A stretch of DNA of 63,777 bases, counting the filler, from Chiloscyllium plagiosum (Eukaryota), in NCBI RefSeq assembly GCF_004010195.1. It is 5 parts of one record of this genome, joined end to end, with 100 filler letters (N's around TTAATTAATTAA, not from the genome) between each part and the next. Parts side by side here need not be neighbours in the genome. Positions count along the whole stretch, not along the records: positions 1 to 31,114 come from NC_057712.1; 4 more parts are not named here. One strand, 5' to 3'. Position numbers and translations under genes: made by a program. The notes beneath the pieces are model-generated. The model was not told where the DNA came from and searched no databases. It worked only from the letters and a program-made list of their open reading frames with translations. Below are positions 1 through 13,404 of this stretch, piece by piece. The number at the start of each line of letters is the position of its first letter. Position 1 is the first letter of the stretch.

Positions 1-613
1 GATTGAGTACAGAAGCAAAGAGTTCTTCTGCAGCTGTACAGGGCTCTGGTGAGACTGCACCTGGAACATTGTGTGCAGTTCTGGTCTCCAAATTTGAGGA
101 AAGACATTCTGGCTATTGAGGGAGTGCAGCGTAGGTTCACGAGGTCAATTCCTGGAATGGCGGGACTATCTTATGTTGAAAGATTGGAGCGACTGGGCTT
201 GTATACCCTTGAGTTTAAAAGACTGGGAGGGGATCTGATTGAGATGTATAAGATTATTAAAGGATTGGACACTCTGGAGGCAGGAAACATGTTTCCGCTG
301 ATGGGTGAGTCCCGAACCAGAGGACACAGCGTAAAAATAAAGAGTAGACCATTTAGGACAGAGATGAGGAGAAACTTCTTCACCCAGAGGGTGGTGGGTG
401 TGTGGAATGCTCTGCCCCAGAAGGCAGTGGAGGCCCAGTCTCTGGATTTGTTTAAGAAAGAGTTGGATAGAGGTCTCATGGATAGTGGAATCAAGGGTTA
501 TGGAGATAAGGCAGGAACAGGATACTGATTGAGGATGATCAGCCATGATCATAATGAATGGTGGTGCAGGCTCGAAGGGCAGAATGGCCTATCCTGCACC
601 TATTGTCTATTGT
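1..613 (+). mobile_element. CR1 LINE 3' end (family X)
   Basis: ORF 49-528 (HLEHCVQFWSP..LERLGLYTLE..RGDLIE..NFFTQRVV..WNALP) is the CR1 ORF2 C-terminus; tail (TATTGTC)n. Confidence 0.92.
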
Positions 614-615
614 TT

Positions 616-1455
616 AACAGTATCTGGACCAGATAGCCCAATGGGCTGAGAAGTGGCAGATGGAGTTTAATTCAGATAAATGCGAGATGCTGCATTTTGG
701 GAAAGCAAATCTTAGCAGGACTTACACACTTATGGTAAGGTCCTGGGAAGTGTTGCTGAACAAAGAGACCTTGGAGTGCAGGTTCATAGCTCCTTGAAAG
801 TGCAGTTGCAGATAGATAGGATAGTGAAAAAGGCGTTTGTGATGCTTTCCTTTATTGGTCAGAGTATTGAGTATAGGAGTTGGGAGGTCATGTTGTGGCT
901 GTACAGGACATTGGTTACAATTCTGGTCTCCTTCCTATCAGAAAGATGTTGTGAAACTTGAAAGGGTTCAGAAACAATTTATAAGGATGTTGCCAGGGTT
1001 GGAGGATTTGAGCTACAAGGAGAGGCTGAACAGGCTGTGGCTGTTTTCCCTGGAGCATCGGAGGCTGAAGGGTGATCTTATAGAGGTTTACAAAATTATG
1101 AGGGGCATGGATAGGATAAATAGACAAAGTCTTTTCCCTGAGGTCGGGGAGTGCAGAACTGGAGGGCATCGGTTTAAGGTGAGAGGGGAATGATATAAAA
1201 GAGACCTAAGGGGCAACTTTTTCACGCAGAGGATGGTACGTGTATGGAATGAGCTGCCAGAGGAAGTGGTGGAGGCTGGTACAAGTGCAACATTTAAAAG
1301 GCACTTGGATGGGTATATGAATAGGAAGGGTTTGGAGGAATATGGACCGGGTGCTGGCAGGTGGGACTAGATTGGGTTGGGATATCTGGTCGGCATGGAT
1401 GGGTTGGATCGATGAGTCTGTTTCCATACTGTACAACTCTATGACTCTATGACTC
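616..1455 (+). mobile_element. 5'-truncated CR1 LINE (family Y, HER1-like)
   Basis: RT C-terminal motifs (KCEVLHFG, QFWSP, GDLIEVYK); tail (CTATGACT)n. Confidence 0.92.
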
Positions 1456-4400
1456 ATGCATAGAGTAGGAAAATTAGTGTTGGGAGTTGGGCTCATAAAA
1501 TGGAGTTCCATGTGCCTTCACATCCAGCCCGGATCTGCCTTTCATTTCCTGGGAGGACTGGGAAAAGATGCTTAGCCCGCTCTTTATTTGGCCCATTAAA
1601 GTTGTTAAGTGGGAAATCAATGACCATTTAAGTGTCATGCCTGACCTTACTCCAGCAACTACTTTGCCATGGTTGGGGGTGAACCAGATCAGGTTGGTGG
1701 CCTACCATATTTTACTGAGCAAGGTGATGCCAGGCAAGAAGGGGGCAAGGGAATTTTCCATGGAGGGTGTCTTCTTTGTCTCTGCCACCTCTCTCCATTG
1801 TCGCATCCCACTTTAACCCTCATCCCTGAACTTGTGAATGCCTTTCCTCTATCTCCTTTACTCACCTCCAACCCCCCCAAACACTGGGGCCTGCTAGTCA
1901 GGCCTTAATGATACCCTGGACTCATCTAAAGCCGGGTTTCCATAACCACTGCTTCTGCAGGGAGCCGATTACCTCAGTAGCAACCACTGCTTGAACCCGC
2001 TTGGTTCTCAAAACTAATTATATTTTTATTGCCAATTCTTATCTTAAAGGACCTCAGTCGTATCCCTTTGAAATTGATCATTTCCAGAGTAAATTGATCC
2101 AGTTTCTTTGTCCTGTAACTGATAACGAAAGTACAATAAAGTGGGCATCAATTAAGCTGTCTTCCTTGCACCTTTTCATTAGTTTCAATATTGTTTTTCA
2201 CTGGAGAGGGCCAATATCCTTAATCCCACTCCAGTGGGCAGAATATTTCCAAGTCCTGAAACAATGTGGGCAAAGGCAAGTCATTTGAGCGAATACAACC
2301 AGACGGAAAAATGAAATTCTTGATGGTGAGGATAAAAAGAATTTAATTTTGCACTTTAGGTTTTAACAGTTAGATGATAATTTTTCTACTGAACAGCGAG
2401 GGGCCTATTCGTGTACATTAACACCTCATTATTACCTAATTTCAGCTCATTTATATGAAGCCTGATATTTTCCTAAACTGGGGAGAGGAATTCGATGGTG
2501 CCAATTCTCCGTATGAAAGTCTGACTGGTTACCAGGCGACAGTAGCTCACTGGTATTTTGGCTAGCATTCAACAATATTTCATAGCCCTTATCATGGAGA
2601 GCGAATGCCTGTCGGCCCTCCTGTGCCCATGAAGGTCGGCATCAGATGAGTACCAGCCTCACCACATCATAATGGCATATCTCTGACTTACTGTTCAGTA
2701 TTGCACTTTGGAGCTCACTGGCACCATTCATTGCAATGCTGCTGCACTGGGCCAGACAACATTTGATGTCAATCCAGAGGCTTGGACAGAGTTAGTGGGC
2801 ACTTGGAGAGTTCATGGTTGGGGGTTCTGTATCATTTGTCTGAAGAATGGAACATAGTCAGCCCTGGAAGCAGACCAGGGAGTTTTGAGAAGAGTCCTGC
2901 TGGGACTTGGAACATGAACTCTGTTCGCCTCTGCGCAGACGCTGCCTGACCTGCTGGGTTTCTCTGGCCTCCTCTGTATTGAAGTCAGTCAGAGAGCTGC
3001 ATCGCTAGCAATCAGGGGTCTGTCCATTCATCTGGGCGGTTGTCCCAAATAGATCTTGGTGGAGGGCCTTACTCAGTCAGGGGCTCTGTTTGGGGTGGGG
3101 GGGAAGTGTTATCAGAGGGGAAATTGGGGAAATTTGCAGTCTCAAATAGAAGCCAAATACTGTGAATGCCGGAGATTTGAAATTAAAACAGAAACTGCTG
3201 GAGAAACTCCAGCTCTCTAAGGGGTATTCTTACAGTGAAGCTAACAGACTGGCAGCATGGCATTAGCAATGTGTTTAAAAGGAGGAGTGAGAGCAGAGAC
3301 AACCCAGAATCTGACAGACCAGCAAAGGGAGCTATGTGGGTCTCAGGAGCATTGACAGAGATGTTACAGAAGTTCTGGTCTGGGCAAACAAGTTCAGTAA
3401 TGGGGAAAGGCTAATGTTACTAATTACTTACTTGGCTGTACTGTGCCCTTGCCCAGTCCTGAAAACTGACCTCTTGAGGCTTAGTCCCATGGCATTGGTC
3501 ATCACTGTCTCACCATGCCCCACAGCACTTTCGCCTTCCCAGTTTGTTTCTGTGGACAGACCTGAAAGACTGACCATGGTCCACCCCCTCACCGGACATG
3601 ACTGGACAGCACTGGGCATGATATGCCCAGGCTCCTAACTTGTGCCTATTCTTCTCCCTGATCATGTTACTGCTACTCCCAGACTGGCCACTGTGGAGCT
3701 AACAGTCTAACTGTGGCACACACCCTGGACCGAACAGGCAATGACACCTCCCTGACCAAGGCTGGATGCCTGACTGTGACAGATACTGTGGACTGGTATG
3801 GGATGGTGCCCTTGGCTTACTGTGCTAGGATCCCTGACCGACGGGTGCCTCCATTGACTCCAAGTAAGGACTACTGCCCTAAGACTCTGAGACACATCTG
3901 CCTGTTTGCTACACACGCAGTGAGTTTGCCATTCAAGCTGCATTGAGTAGGTGTGAGACGAATGGAGCTCACACAGCAAGGTGTATGCTTCCTTGGCTGA
4001 GGACCGCTCAGCTGTATGGCAAACTGCCTGTTTTATGTGACTCCACCATGACAAGGAAGGGAAGGATGCTGTGAGCACCCAGGTAGGCGTTAAGTGAGTG
4101 GGCATTAAGTGAACAAGAAAGCTTCCCTTAGATGCTGCCTAATCCAGTCTGCAAACTGTTTCCATATGTAAAGTGTTCCCACTGCACTCTTTCCATGTAC
4201 GCCTGTGCTTCAAGCACACAAGTAGCAAGCTGAATCCAAAAGGTAAATGCTCTGTTTTCCTTGTTGCATTTTTCCAATATGTAGTTTCTTTCGCAAGTTT
4301 GGTAAAATGGGAGTCTGAATATTAATGAAGTGGGTTGTGGTACTAACAAGGAGTTAAATGAGCTTTAATCCCTATCAAGAGGCACAGTACTGCTACCTAA

Positions 4401-4544
4401 TAAGAATCTTGCCACACTATTGAAGAAAAGCATTTAATATAAGGAAGATGCTCACAATGTTGATATGGGCCTCACCGGAATTCTCATCTGTTCCAGCCAC
4501 TCATCTCACTATAACCCACATCAGTCAGACCCTAATACAATTCT

Positions 4545-4788
4545 CTACCTCCACTCCAACCTATCACCTTCACCCTCACCTTCATCTACCTATTGCATTC
4601 CCAACTATCTTCCCTCCAGCCCCACCCCCTTCCCATTTATCTCTCCGCCCTTTGGGCCACCCCTTCATTGCTGATGAAGGGCTTATGCTCGAAATGTTGA
4701 TTCTCCTGCTCCTCGGATGCTATCTGCCTGGCTGTGTTTTTCCAGCACCACTCTGATCTCCAACATCTGCAGTCCTCACTTTCTCCTT
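4545..4788 (+). mobile_element. Penelope-like pLTR fragment (family A) with hammerhead motif
   Basis: CTGATGA-AGGGC-TTAT-GCTC-GAAATGTT at 4671-4698; shared tail TCTGCAGTCCTCACTTTCTCC; TSD ATACAATTCT (4535-4544, 4789-4798). Confidence 0.75.
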
Positions 4789-5064
4789 ATACAATTCTGT
4801 CCAATGTGTTGGACATTTCGATTATTATCTTTACTTTGATCTTTATGATGATCCCTTAAGTTTATTTTTTAAATAAAAAGATGTACTTGGAAAACTGTGC
4901 CATAATTTTACCCAAGGTTGCCAGTGGCAGCAGTGCTTTATGGAGGGTTAGCAATAATATTACTATAGTAGGAGTGGGCCATTCAGCCCATCAAGCCCTC
5001 TTCACTGTTCAATGAAATCATGGCTGAACGTCAATGCATTTTCCCGCACTATCTCGATTTCCCT

Positions 5065-6236
5065 TGATGGAATATGAAAACAAGGAAGTGTTGGAGCAAT
5101 TGCACAAGGTAAGAGAGAGACTGTATCTGGAGTATTATGTACAGTTTTGGTCCCGTTACTTTGAGGATTTGCAATGGAGGCAGTTCGGAGAAGATTCAGT
5201 GGAATAATTGCAGAGTTGAAAGGTTTGTCCTATGATGAGAGATTGAGCAGTTTAGGCCAATAATCTCGAGAGTTTAAATGGATGAAAGGAAGTTTAACTG
5301 AGGTATTTGAGATTCTAAAGGGAATTAATAAAGGATCTGGGCCAGATGGACCAATGGGCTGAGAAGTGGCAGATGACGTTTAATTCAGATAAATGCGAGG
5401 TGCTGCATTTTGGGAAAGCAAATCTTAGCAGGACTTATACACTAAATGGTAAGGTCCTAGGGAGTGTTGCTGAACAAAGAGACCTTGGAGTGCAGGTTCA
5501 GTGGTCCTTGAAAGTGGAGTCGCACGTAGATAGGATAGTGAAGAAGGCGTTTGGTATGCTTTCCTTTATTGGTCAGAGTACTGAGTACAGGAGTTGGGAG
5601 GTCATGTTGCGGCTGTACAGGACATTGGTTAGGATGAGGGGCATGGATAGGATAAATAGACAAAGTCTTTTCCCTGGGGTGGGGGAGTCCAGAACTAAAG
5701 GGCATAGGTTTAGGTTGAGAGGGGAATGAGCTTCCAGAGGAAGTGTGGAAGCTAGTAGCATTGCAACATTTAAGAGTCATTTGGATGGGTATATGAATAG
5801 GAAGGGTTTGGAGTGCTATGGGCCAGGTGCTGGCAGGTGGGACTAGATTGGGTTGGGATATCTGGTCGGCATGGACGGGTTGGACCGAAGGGTCTGTTTC
5901 CATGCAGTACATCTCCATGATTCTATGACTCTAGACATAATGTGGGGCAATCTAGATCACGAGGTCATAGTTTTAGGCTAAGAGGGGCAGATTTAAATTT
6001 GAGATGAGGAAGAATTATTTATCTCAAAAGGTCATTAGTCTGGGAATACCCCAGGATGCCAGGAAATGGAATAAATTTGAGGTGGAAAAGACAGATTTTT
6101 AATTAATGAAAGGTTAAAGGGTTATGGGGAGTGCACAAAAGTGGAGTTAAGATGAGATCAGCCATGATCGTACTAAAGGCTGAGCAGGATTGAGGGGCCG
6201 AATTGCCTACTCCTGCTCCTCGTTCTTATGTTCTTA
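5065..6236 (+). mobile_element. Older CR1 3' fragment with nested family-Y CR1 (5333-5932)
   Basis: Degenerate LEYYVQFWS/RFSGII motifs resume after 5933 and end in TCTTATGTTCTTA; the insert matches family Y and has internal deletions. Confidence 0.85.
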
Positions 6237-6494
6237 AAGTGGTTTGTAAAGAAGGAGTAAACTTGCACATTGCAAGTAGTTAGGGTATAGAATGTATTGC
6301 CCGAAACTGTGGTAAAAGCAGGTTCAATTGACCTATTCAAGATGTATAGTTTGATTATTTATACAGAAATAATGTGCGAGGGTATAGGCATAAAGTAATA
6401 GGTGCTGATGCTAATTTGAAGAGCCAGTGCAGACATGATGGGTTGAATGGCCTCTTTCTGCATCATATCAATTCTCTCATTCTGTGATGTGGAA

Positions 6495-9400
6495 ATCTAT
6501 CCATCTCAGTCTTGAATAAACTCAATAACTAAGCTTCCATGGCCCTGTGGACTGAGTGAAGAAATCCCAGGTCTCTGAATGAAGAAATACCAGGTCTAAA
6601 TGGTCAGAAACTGTGCTCCTTACTGTATAACCACCCCCGTCCTCTGGCTGTGTCCCTGGTTCTACAAACCCATCCTTCCTGCATCTATGCTGTGAAGTCC
6701 TGTAACAATTTTGTATGCTTGCATGAGGTCATCACTCATTCTTCCAACCTTCAAAGAGTAAAGGCAAGTCTGTTTAATGCCTTCTCATTTTAAAATCCTT
6801 CCATCCCAGGAATTAGCTAAGTGAACATTTGTTGCACCCCCTTTGTAGGTATGGAGACTAAAATTGCATTCAGTATTTCAGGTGGGGTATCAATTTCAGT
6901 GCAAACAACTTTATTCCTGTACTAAATACCATTTACATTCTTAAATATTTGCTGCTCCTGCATGTTAACCTTCAGAGACTCATGACAAAGGACACCCATG
7001 TCACTTTGATGTTTGACACATTCCAGTCTCTGTAAGAAAATACTATTTTTTTCTGTTTCTCCAGTCAAAATGGGGAACATCACACAGAGTCATACAGATA
7101 TGCAGCACAGAAGCAGACCCTTCAGTCCAACTTGTCCATGCCAACCAAATAACCTAAATTAATCTAGTCCCATTTGCCAACACCTGACCCATATCCCTCT
7201 AAACTCTTCCTACACATACACCCATCCAGATGCCTTTTAAATGTTGCAATTGTACCAGCCTTCACCAATTCCTCTGGAAGTCATTCCATACACCCACCAC
7301 CCTCTGCATGAAAAAGTTGGCCCTTAGGTCCCTTTTAAATCTTTCCCCTCTCACCCTAAATCTATGCCCTTTAGTTCTGGACTCCCCCACCCCAGGGAAA
7401 AGACCTTGTCTATTTACCCTAACCGTGACCCCATGACTTTATAAACCTCTATAAGCTCGTCCCTCAGCCTCTGACACTCTGACGCTCGTCCCTCAGCCTC
7501 TGACGCTCCAGGGAAAACAGCCCCAGCCTGTTCAACCTCTCCCTGTAACTCAAATCCTCCAACCCTGACAACATCCTTGTAAATCTTTTCAGAACCTTTT
7601 CAAGTTTCACAACATTCTTCCAATAGGAGGATGTCCAGAATTACACACAATATTCCAAAGGTTGCCTAACCAATGACCTGTACAGCCATAACATGACCTC
7701 CCAACTCCGATACAAGTACTCAACCGTTTGACCAATAAAGGAAAGCATATCAAACACCTTCTTCACAGTCCTATCTACCTGCAACACCACTTTTAAGAAA
7801 CTATGAATCTGCACTCCAAGGTCTCTTTGTTCAGCAACTCTCCCTAGGACCTTACCATTTAATGTATAAGTCCTGTTCTGATTTTCTTTTCTAAAATGCA
7901 GCACCTCACATTTTTCTAAAGCAAACTCCATCTGCCACTTCTCAGCCTTTGGCCCATCTGATCAAGATCCCGTTGTAATCTGAGGTAACCTTCTTTGCTG
8001 TCCACTACACCTCCAATTTTGGTGTCATCTGCAAACTTACTAATGATACCACCCGTGTTCACATCCAAATCATTTACATAAATGGTGAAAAGCAATGGAC
8101 GCAGCACCGATCTTTGTGGCACTCCACTGGTCACTTCACCAGCCTGAAAAAAAAACCCTCCATCACCACCACCCTCTGTCTTCTACATTTGAGTCAGTTC
8201 TGTATCCAAATGCCTAGTTCTCCCTGTAACCAATTAGATCTAACCTTGCTAACCCGTCTCCCATAGGGAACCTTGTCAAACACCTTACTGAAAACCATAT
8301 TGATCATGTCTACCATTCTGCCGTCATCAATCCTCTTTGTTACTTCTTCAAAAAACTCAATCAAGTTTGTGAGATATGATTTCCCATGCACAAAGCCATG
8401 TTGACTATCCCTAATTAGTCCTTCCCTTTCCAAATACGTGTAAATCCTGTCCCTCAGGATTCCCTCCAACACCTTGCCCATCACTGATGTCAGGCTCACC
8501 GGTCTGTAGTTCCCTGGCTTTCCCTTCCCACCTTTCTTAAATAGTGGCATCATGTTTGCCAACCTCCAATCTTCCGGCACCTCAGTTATAACAAATATCT
8601 CAGCAAGGGTCCCAGCTATCACTTCTCTAGCTTCCCACAGAGTTCTTGAGTACACTTGATCAGGTCATGGGGATTTATCCACTTTTATGCGTTTCAAGAC
8701 AACCAGCCCTTCCTCCTCTGTAATATGGACATGTTTCAAGATGTCACCATCTATTTTCCTCCATTCTATATTTTCCATGTCCTTCTCCACAGTAAACACT
8801 GATGAAAAATACTCGTTTAATATCTCCCTCATCTCCTGCGACTCCACACACGGCTGCCTTGCTGATGTTTGAGAGGAAAGTGAGAACTGGTGAAGGGCTT
8901 ATGCCCAAAATGTCGATTCTCCTGCTCCTGACCTGCTGTGCTTTTCCAGCACCCAACTCTCAACTCTTATCTTTGAGGGGTTTATTCTCTCTCTAGGTAC
9001 TATCTTGTCCTTAATGTATTTATAAAATTCCTTCAGATTCTCCTTAACTCTATTTGCCAAAGCTATCTCACATCCCTTTTTGCCCTCCTGATTTCCCTCT
9101 TAAGTATACTCCTACTGCCTTTATAAGGATTCACTCGATCTCTGCAGTCTATACCTGACATATGCTTCCTTCTTTTTCTTAACCAAAATCTCAATTTCTC
9201 TAGTCATCCATCATTCCCTATACTTAACAGCCTATTCTTTCACCCTAACAGGAATATACTGTCTCTGAACTCCTCATCTCATTTCTGAAGGCTTCCCATT
9301 ATCCAGACCTTTACCTCAGAACATCTGCCCCCAATCAGCTTTTGAAAGTCCTTGCCTAATACTGTCAAATCTCTCCACAATGTAGACCATCTGCAAATCT

Positions 9401-9755
9401 TTTTCTCCACTCGTTTAGCCTCTCCAAATCTCATTAAAGGGCTTTGCATCTTCTTCGTAACTCACACTTTCAACTTGTTTTTTTGTCCTGTGCAAACTTG
9501 CAAGTCTTACATTAAATCTTCACATCCAAGGCATTGATATAGGTTGTGAATAGCTGAAACCCATGCACTGATCCTTACAGTGCTGCATGGTCACAACCTG
9601 CCAATCTGAAAAGGTTCATTTATTCCCACTTTCCATTTTCTGTGTGCTAACCTGTTCACCATCCACACCAATCCTATGTGCTTTAATTTTGTTGACGAAC
9701 CCCTTGTGAGGGACCTTACCAAATGCATTCAGAAAATCTAAATGTACCACAGCAT
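6495..9755 (-). mobile_element. Old CR1 fragment interrupted by a ~2.3 kb family-Y CR1 (7086-9365)
   Basis: Minus ORFs encode RT motifs PGNYRPVSLTS, QHGF, SGVPQ-SVL, FADDTK; the flanks are degenerate CR1. Confidence 0.9.
8873..8965. mobile_element. Short inverted family-A Penelope-like insertion inside CR1
   Basis: Reverse tail GAGGAAAGTGAGAACTG joined to GAAGGGCTTATGCCC..TGCTGTGCTTTTCCAGCACC. Confidence 0.65.
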
Positions 9756-9762
9756 GGAACAT

Positions 9763-10063
9763 GGCAGCACGGTGGCCAGGTAGTTAGCACTGCTGCCTCA
9801 CAGCGCCAGGGACCTGGGTTCAATTCCAGCCTCGGATGACTGTCTGTGTGAAATTTGCACATTCTCCCCGTGACTGCGTGGATTTCCTCCAGGTGCTCCG
9901 ATTTCTTCCCACAACCCAAAGATATGCAGGTTGGGTGAATTGGCTGTGCTAAATTGTCCACGGTGTTCAGAGATGTGTAGGTTGGGTGCAGGTTAAATGT
10001 AGGGGAATGGGTCTGGGTGGGCCATTTTGGGAGGGTCAGTGTGGACTTGTTGGGCCTCTAATT
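9763..10063 (+). mobile_element. HE1-type tRNA-derived V-SINE
   Basis: Pol III B box GGTTCAATTCC; V-domain TTTGCACATTCTCCCCGTG..TTTCCTCC; CR1-like tail. Confidence 0.9.
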
Positions 10064-10559
10064 CTAAAAGAAAGCAAAGTTTCAGCCACCAGCTCCCCCT
10101 TATCTCTACTGTGTGATACATCCTCAAAACAGAAACAAAGAAGACTGGCTGGACTTGATTTGCTTTGTCCTTCTGCAATCCTTGCTATTTTCCCTTTCAG
10201 GAGCATGGAGTCTGTTTACTGTCGGTGTTTTACTGATGTAGTAATTTCAATCAGGCACAATCTTTTTGAAGAATCATGTGAATCATTTAAAAAGCCAAAG
10301 ATACTTGCAAAAGATAGTAGCAAGCAGAATTAGGGTAATAAGAGGCCAAGTAAGCTCCATGTCTTTTAAAAAAAATGTTATTATGTTTCTTTGTGGGTCA
10401 CGAGTGTGCCTTCTTGCCTTGGAAGGTATTTTCAAAACTATTTTCAGTTTAACTTTCTCAATATTCTCTCAATGCATAATAGAAAAATGTTTTAGGAGAA
10501 TTATTCAGAAATTTGTAAAGTTTTCCAACTAGGTAATTCTGAAGGGCAGTTCCCCTCCC

Positions 10560-11250
10560 TGTTACTGGTAGCATACTGGAAATCGAGCCCTGCTATTCCC
10601 AAACCATCACAAAAGTTTATTTTAACTTTCATAAAATTCCTTAATTTATCTGACTTTAAACACAAGGTTGACAGAAAGTACAGACGAGATGTATTTGCTT
10701 AATAATAATTATTTATATAAATAGTAAACTATAGCTAACAGATAAACAATTGTGAACCATTACTCTAACACTGTTATAAATTTCTCCCTTATCCACACTG
10801 ACGAAAAAAAAAGACAGAGGGAAAACTAGGAAAATAGTTCAGTGGTTCTTGTTCACAAGATGTGCTGAGATGGTTCTTAAGCTGATCAGAGCACTGCTTC
10901 TTGGTCTTCTTTCTTGGGATTCCTTTACTGGTTTGCACTTATAAAAGTTCTCTAACTGATCAATTAAAAGTCACAGCTTACTGCAACTGCTGAATGAAAA
11001 CAAAATTGTTTTCTTTGGGCTTAAAATAAATGCCTATTGCAGAGCACAGGGACAGTTCCTGAGCTGCTGCAGTTCTAACGGCTTATCAGTACTTCATTCA
11101 CAGACGCAGCCTGAGAATCAACCACTTAGTGGTTGGCAAGCAGAGGATTTTGTCATCAATAACTGGTCACTAGTCCACAGACCAATCAGCTATTTAAAAA
11201 TGGCTGAATCCTCATTTATGCACACGCTTCGGCTCCAGCTCATTTACAAG
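10560..11250 (-). mobile_element. Possible solo LTR remnant
   Basis: Starts TGTTAC, non-coding, with reverse polyA and CCAAT-like motifs; no partner LTR or internal gene seen. Confidence 0.3.
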
Positions 11251-12819
11251 CTACACTTCACTGAGGCTAAAACTGACAGCTATATAAACCGTGTTTTCAA
11301 TGAGTATCAGGTTACTTGCTTTTGACAACTGCAATAATCTTTCAGCATTCCTTGGTTTGAAAAACAGCTCTTTTCCCATTTCAGTCCACAACAAAAATAT
11401 AAAAAAAAAGATACAATCTTTACCTTCCCCATAATCACTGCTATATGTACAGAAGTCACATCCTGTTGTTAATAAAAACACAAGAACTGTCAGTATAGCT
11501 TTACTTTGAGTCCATCTTAGGTAGCCAGGAGTCATGTAAATTTCATTTGCAAAGGCATATAGCAGTCTGTCAGAAATCTGTTAAATAAAGAGGAAAATAC
11601 GGTTAAGCTGATAACTTCTTATCAGAACAGTAAGATCTTAACAGACAAATCAGGAAGATAATAATTAACTGCATCACGTCATTTGAAATCGGTAAATCCT
11701 GTCATATTGTGGATCTGAAGGAAATGGATATAATCATGGAGAATCACGCAGAAAGGAGAGTAATCCATGATCTTATAGTAATTCAGTAGCATTCTAACAT
11801 AATAAATCATTAAAGGTAAGAAAGATTGTCAGCCTTGCCAGACGTGCAGCAAACACAGGAAAGAGCTTGCATTTGTCTAAAACTTTATCACATCTCTCAG
11901 AAATGTCCCAAAATCTTCCAGTTAATAAAGGTAAACTGAGTAAGTTGAGAAAGTTTGGCCTGAGCTGGAATTTGGCATTTGCGCAGTGACTTGAAATCCC
12001 AACTCCTCAGGGCTCATCTATTACAATCAGACAGTGGAAAATGGTTATTGTGAGTAACTTGCATAATGTGGGAGTTTCTGGAAAGTTTGAATATCTAGGT
12101 TGATCACGAGCCTAAGGAAGGTCTCCAAAGAGGTTCACACAAGCTCAAAGTCAGGTTCAATTTTATCCACCAAAAATGATTGGGTTTGGGTCTGGAGGGA
12201 AGTTAAAATAATAAATATCTTAAGCATGAAGTGACTATAGTTAATCAGAAACGCAGCGAAGCTGCAGCAGGGAAAGAGATGGAAGAAAAATAAATGCCGA
12301 GTACAGGCACAGAAGAAGGAGTCAGCATTGAAGAGTCAGCATTAAGGGAACAAGTATTGGCCTCTTAGTGTGATGTCTGCAGAATATGGAGTGGAGAATT
12401 AGTTGACATCAGGGGTGCAACACTCATAAAAGTGCAAGAGCGACTGCAGGAACTCTTCTGAAGGAGTCTGTCCTTTACCTTGCTGGCTTTTGTACTTTCC
12501 CTTCCCCTGTTGGGATTCCCATAATGACATCGAAGCTGGTCTCCCCTTTCACTGTCCCACCCTTCATCATTAGCTGGATGGTGGTCATGGAGGCAGACAA
12601 TTAGGAAGTTCCTCATTTTTAAACTGCGTCAACAGACTCATTGAGGGTAGGAACTGGGAAACTATATGGGGTCGCCATGTTTCTGTCCAGACACCCATGG
12701 TGAAAATCCAACCAGGTGGATTTTCCAAGCGGATCCCAGAAAATTCCACCTCTGCTTAAAATCCCTCCACAGTCCAATTTACCAAGATCTTGGGGAAGGC
12801 ACAAACCGCTGCTTGAATC

Positions 12820-12982
12820 TAGGAGAAAGTGAGGACTGCAAATTCTGGAGATCAGAGTTGAAAAGTGTGGTGCTAGAAAAGCACAGCAGGTCAGGCAGAG
12901 TCCAAGGAGCAGGAGAATCAACATTACCAGCTCATCGGATGTTGCCTGACCTGCTACGCTTTTCCAGCACCACATTTTTCGA
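12820..12982. mobile_element. Fold-back family-A Penelope-like insertion
   Basis: Inverted arms GTGGTGCTAGAAAAGC..CAGGTCAGGCA / TGCCTGACCTG..GCTTTTCCAGCACCAC; TSD CTGCTTGAATC (12809-12819, 12983-12993); hammerhead core deleted. Confidence 0.8.
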
Positions 12983-13404
12983 CTGCTTGAATCGTAACTT
13001 GGGCACCCGAAATGTAAAATGGGGCAATTATGTTGGACAGTGCTCAGAATTTCAGTACACAAAGAGATCCAATTTAGAAAAATTGGCATTTGAATTAGTG
13101 CAGTACCATCAAATTTTCAGAGATACCATCTCTCAGATGAAAGGTTAAGCTGAGCTCTCACATGCCCACTCTGATTAGAAATCATAACTTTTGTAGAAGA
13201 GTTCCCTCAGAGGCCCTGACCAAAATGCGTACAACATGCTAAAATACTGCAATGGAAAACCAGTGGGAGCCCAAGGTCTCGTTTCTCTGTGAGGCCCATC
13301 TCAATTTCAAGATAATCAGGCACTTATGTGGGCAGTATCAGACCTCTATGACACTGCTCTGGCTTTAAGAGGTTATTTTGCCCTAAATTCCTTCAAAGTA
13401 AGGT

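Noticed and set aside
2880..3215. Fragments of a fourth pLTR-like repeat (also ~39950-40030, ~41720-41825)
   Set aside because: Hammerhead cores absent or too degenerate to call
3215..4350. GC-richer stretch with 70-130 aa ORFs
   Set aside because: No recognisable domain or consistent exon structure; probably decayed transposon
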